From Monocercomonoides exilis PA203 (Eukaryota > Protista > Preaxostyla): a DNA stretch of 64,000 nucleotides. A model generated the notes under the pieces. It was not told the origin of the DNA. It did not search any database and saw nothing but the letters and a program-made list of their open reading frames with translations. A program made the position numbers and the translations under genes. Positions 63,478-64,000 of the stretch are shown here, piece after piece (positions within the stretch are counted from its first letter, which is position 1; each line of letters opens with the position of its first letter). The DNA lies in assembly GCA_001643675.2 (NCBI GenBank), contig LSRY02000020.1, positions 620,001-684,000 of the forward strand. The letters run 5' to 3'.

Positions 63478-64000
63478 TTATTTGCTGCTTTGTTTCAATT
63501 GTGACAAAAAGCGTGACATTTTACTATGAGCTTTTTGCTTTTTAAATTGCTGTTTCTTTTTCATTTGCTGTTTTTGTTTCCCTGTTTTTTTCTGAAACTT
63601 CTTCTTTTGTTTGTTTCTATCGTTCATCATTGCTTCTGTGCGAGTTCTCTTCTTTTTGGGAGGAAGTGCATCGGGCTCAATTTCTTGTTTGTCTTCATTG
63701 CTATCAGTTTCGTTTTCGTTTTCACTATCATTTTCGCTATCATTTTCACTATCGTCCTTTGAATCCTGATCGGATTCATCAAGCTGGTAATCATCTGACT
63801 CACTTTTTTCTTCGCTTTCACTTGAAGAAGAGTTACTGCTTTCACTGTCATCATCGCTGCTTTCATGACTTTCTTCCTCTTCTTCCTCCTCTTCTTCTTT
63901 TTCCTTGGGCTGTTCTTCTTCATCCGATTCTTCAATATCAGATTGATTTTTTATCTTTAGTAATTGTGAAGTGGAATGAAATGTAATAAACTCACTTAAA
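63478..64000 (-). CDS. 3' end of an unidentified acidic/basic, probably nuclear protein (partial)
   Basis: Open frame from about 63954 to 63478: D/E/S-rich tract, NLS-like PPKKKRTR, K/Q-rich tail ending SKMSRFLSQLKQSSK*. Upstream exons lie outside the window. Confidence 0.7.
   Translation of the reverse strand, partial: LSEFITFHSTSQLLKIKNQSDIEESDEEEQPKEKEEEEEEEEESHESSDDDSESSNSSSSESEEKSESDDYQLDESDQDSKDDSENDSENDSENENETDSNEDKQEIEPDALPPKKKRTRTEAMMNDRNKQKKKFQKKTGKQKQQMKKKQQFKKQKAHSKMSRFLSQLKQSSK

Noticed and set aside
1-64000. Non-standard genetic code (TAA/TAG read as Gln, as in some metamonads)
   Set aside because: Conserved proteins end at TAA in the expected places (dynein, RPS10, WASHC4), and multi-kb exons have no in-frame TAA/TAG.
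1-64000. CRISPR array, rRNA, retroelement or prokaryotic operon
   Set aside because: No repeat-spacer array, rRNA signature or RT/integrase motifs. All host genes are intron-containing eukaryotic genes.

Overview
Gene-dense eukaryotic protist DNA in the standard genetic code, with short AT-rich GT-AG introns, AT-rich spacers, GC-richer long exons and frequent poly-Ser insertions. The style resembles an oxymonad/metamonad such as Monocercomonoides (inference only). I resolved 16 host genes by eye: ERGIC-53-like lectin (3' end off window), a Rab-GGTase alpha subunit fused to F-box/LRR, RPS10, inner-arm dynein heavy chain (DNAH2-type), tepsin, a C1orf109-like protein, a Kelch-BTB protein, SERBP1/Stm1, BRE1, CCA-adding enzyme, IFT88, ARPC5, NOMO, WASHC4, a divergent importin-alpha-like protein and a partial acidic protein. 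There is also one intact IS630/Tc1-mariner transposon with TIRs and a TA target duplication. Best leads: (1) a GATC(AA) motif just upstream of most start codons, a candidate core promoter element; (2) the prenyltransferase-F-box-LRR fusion; (3) a GTNTG (+4 U) splice-donor consensus with frequent AAG acceptors; (4) a young transposon with DD33E spacing; (5) a 2.8 kb gene-free tract dense in TGTGA/TCACA that holds a perfect 26-bp inverted repeat. Exon boundaries and family calls are manual and were not database-checked.
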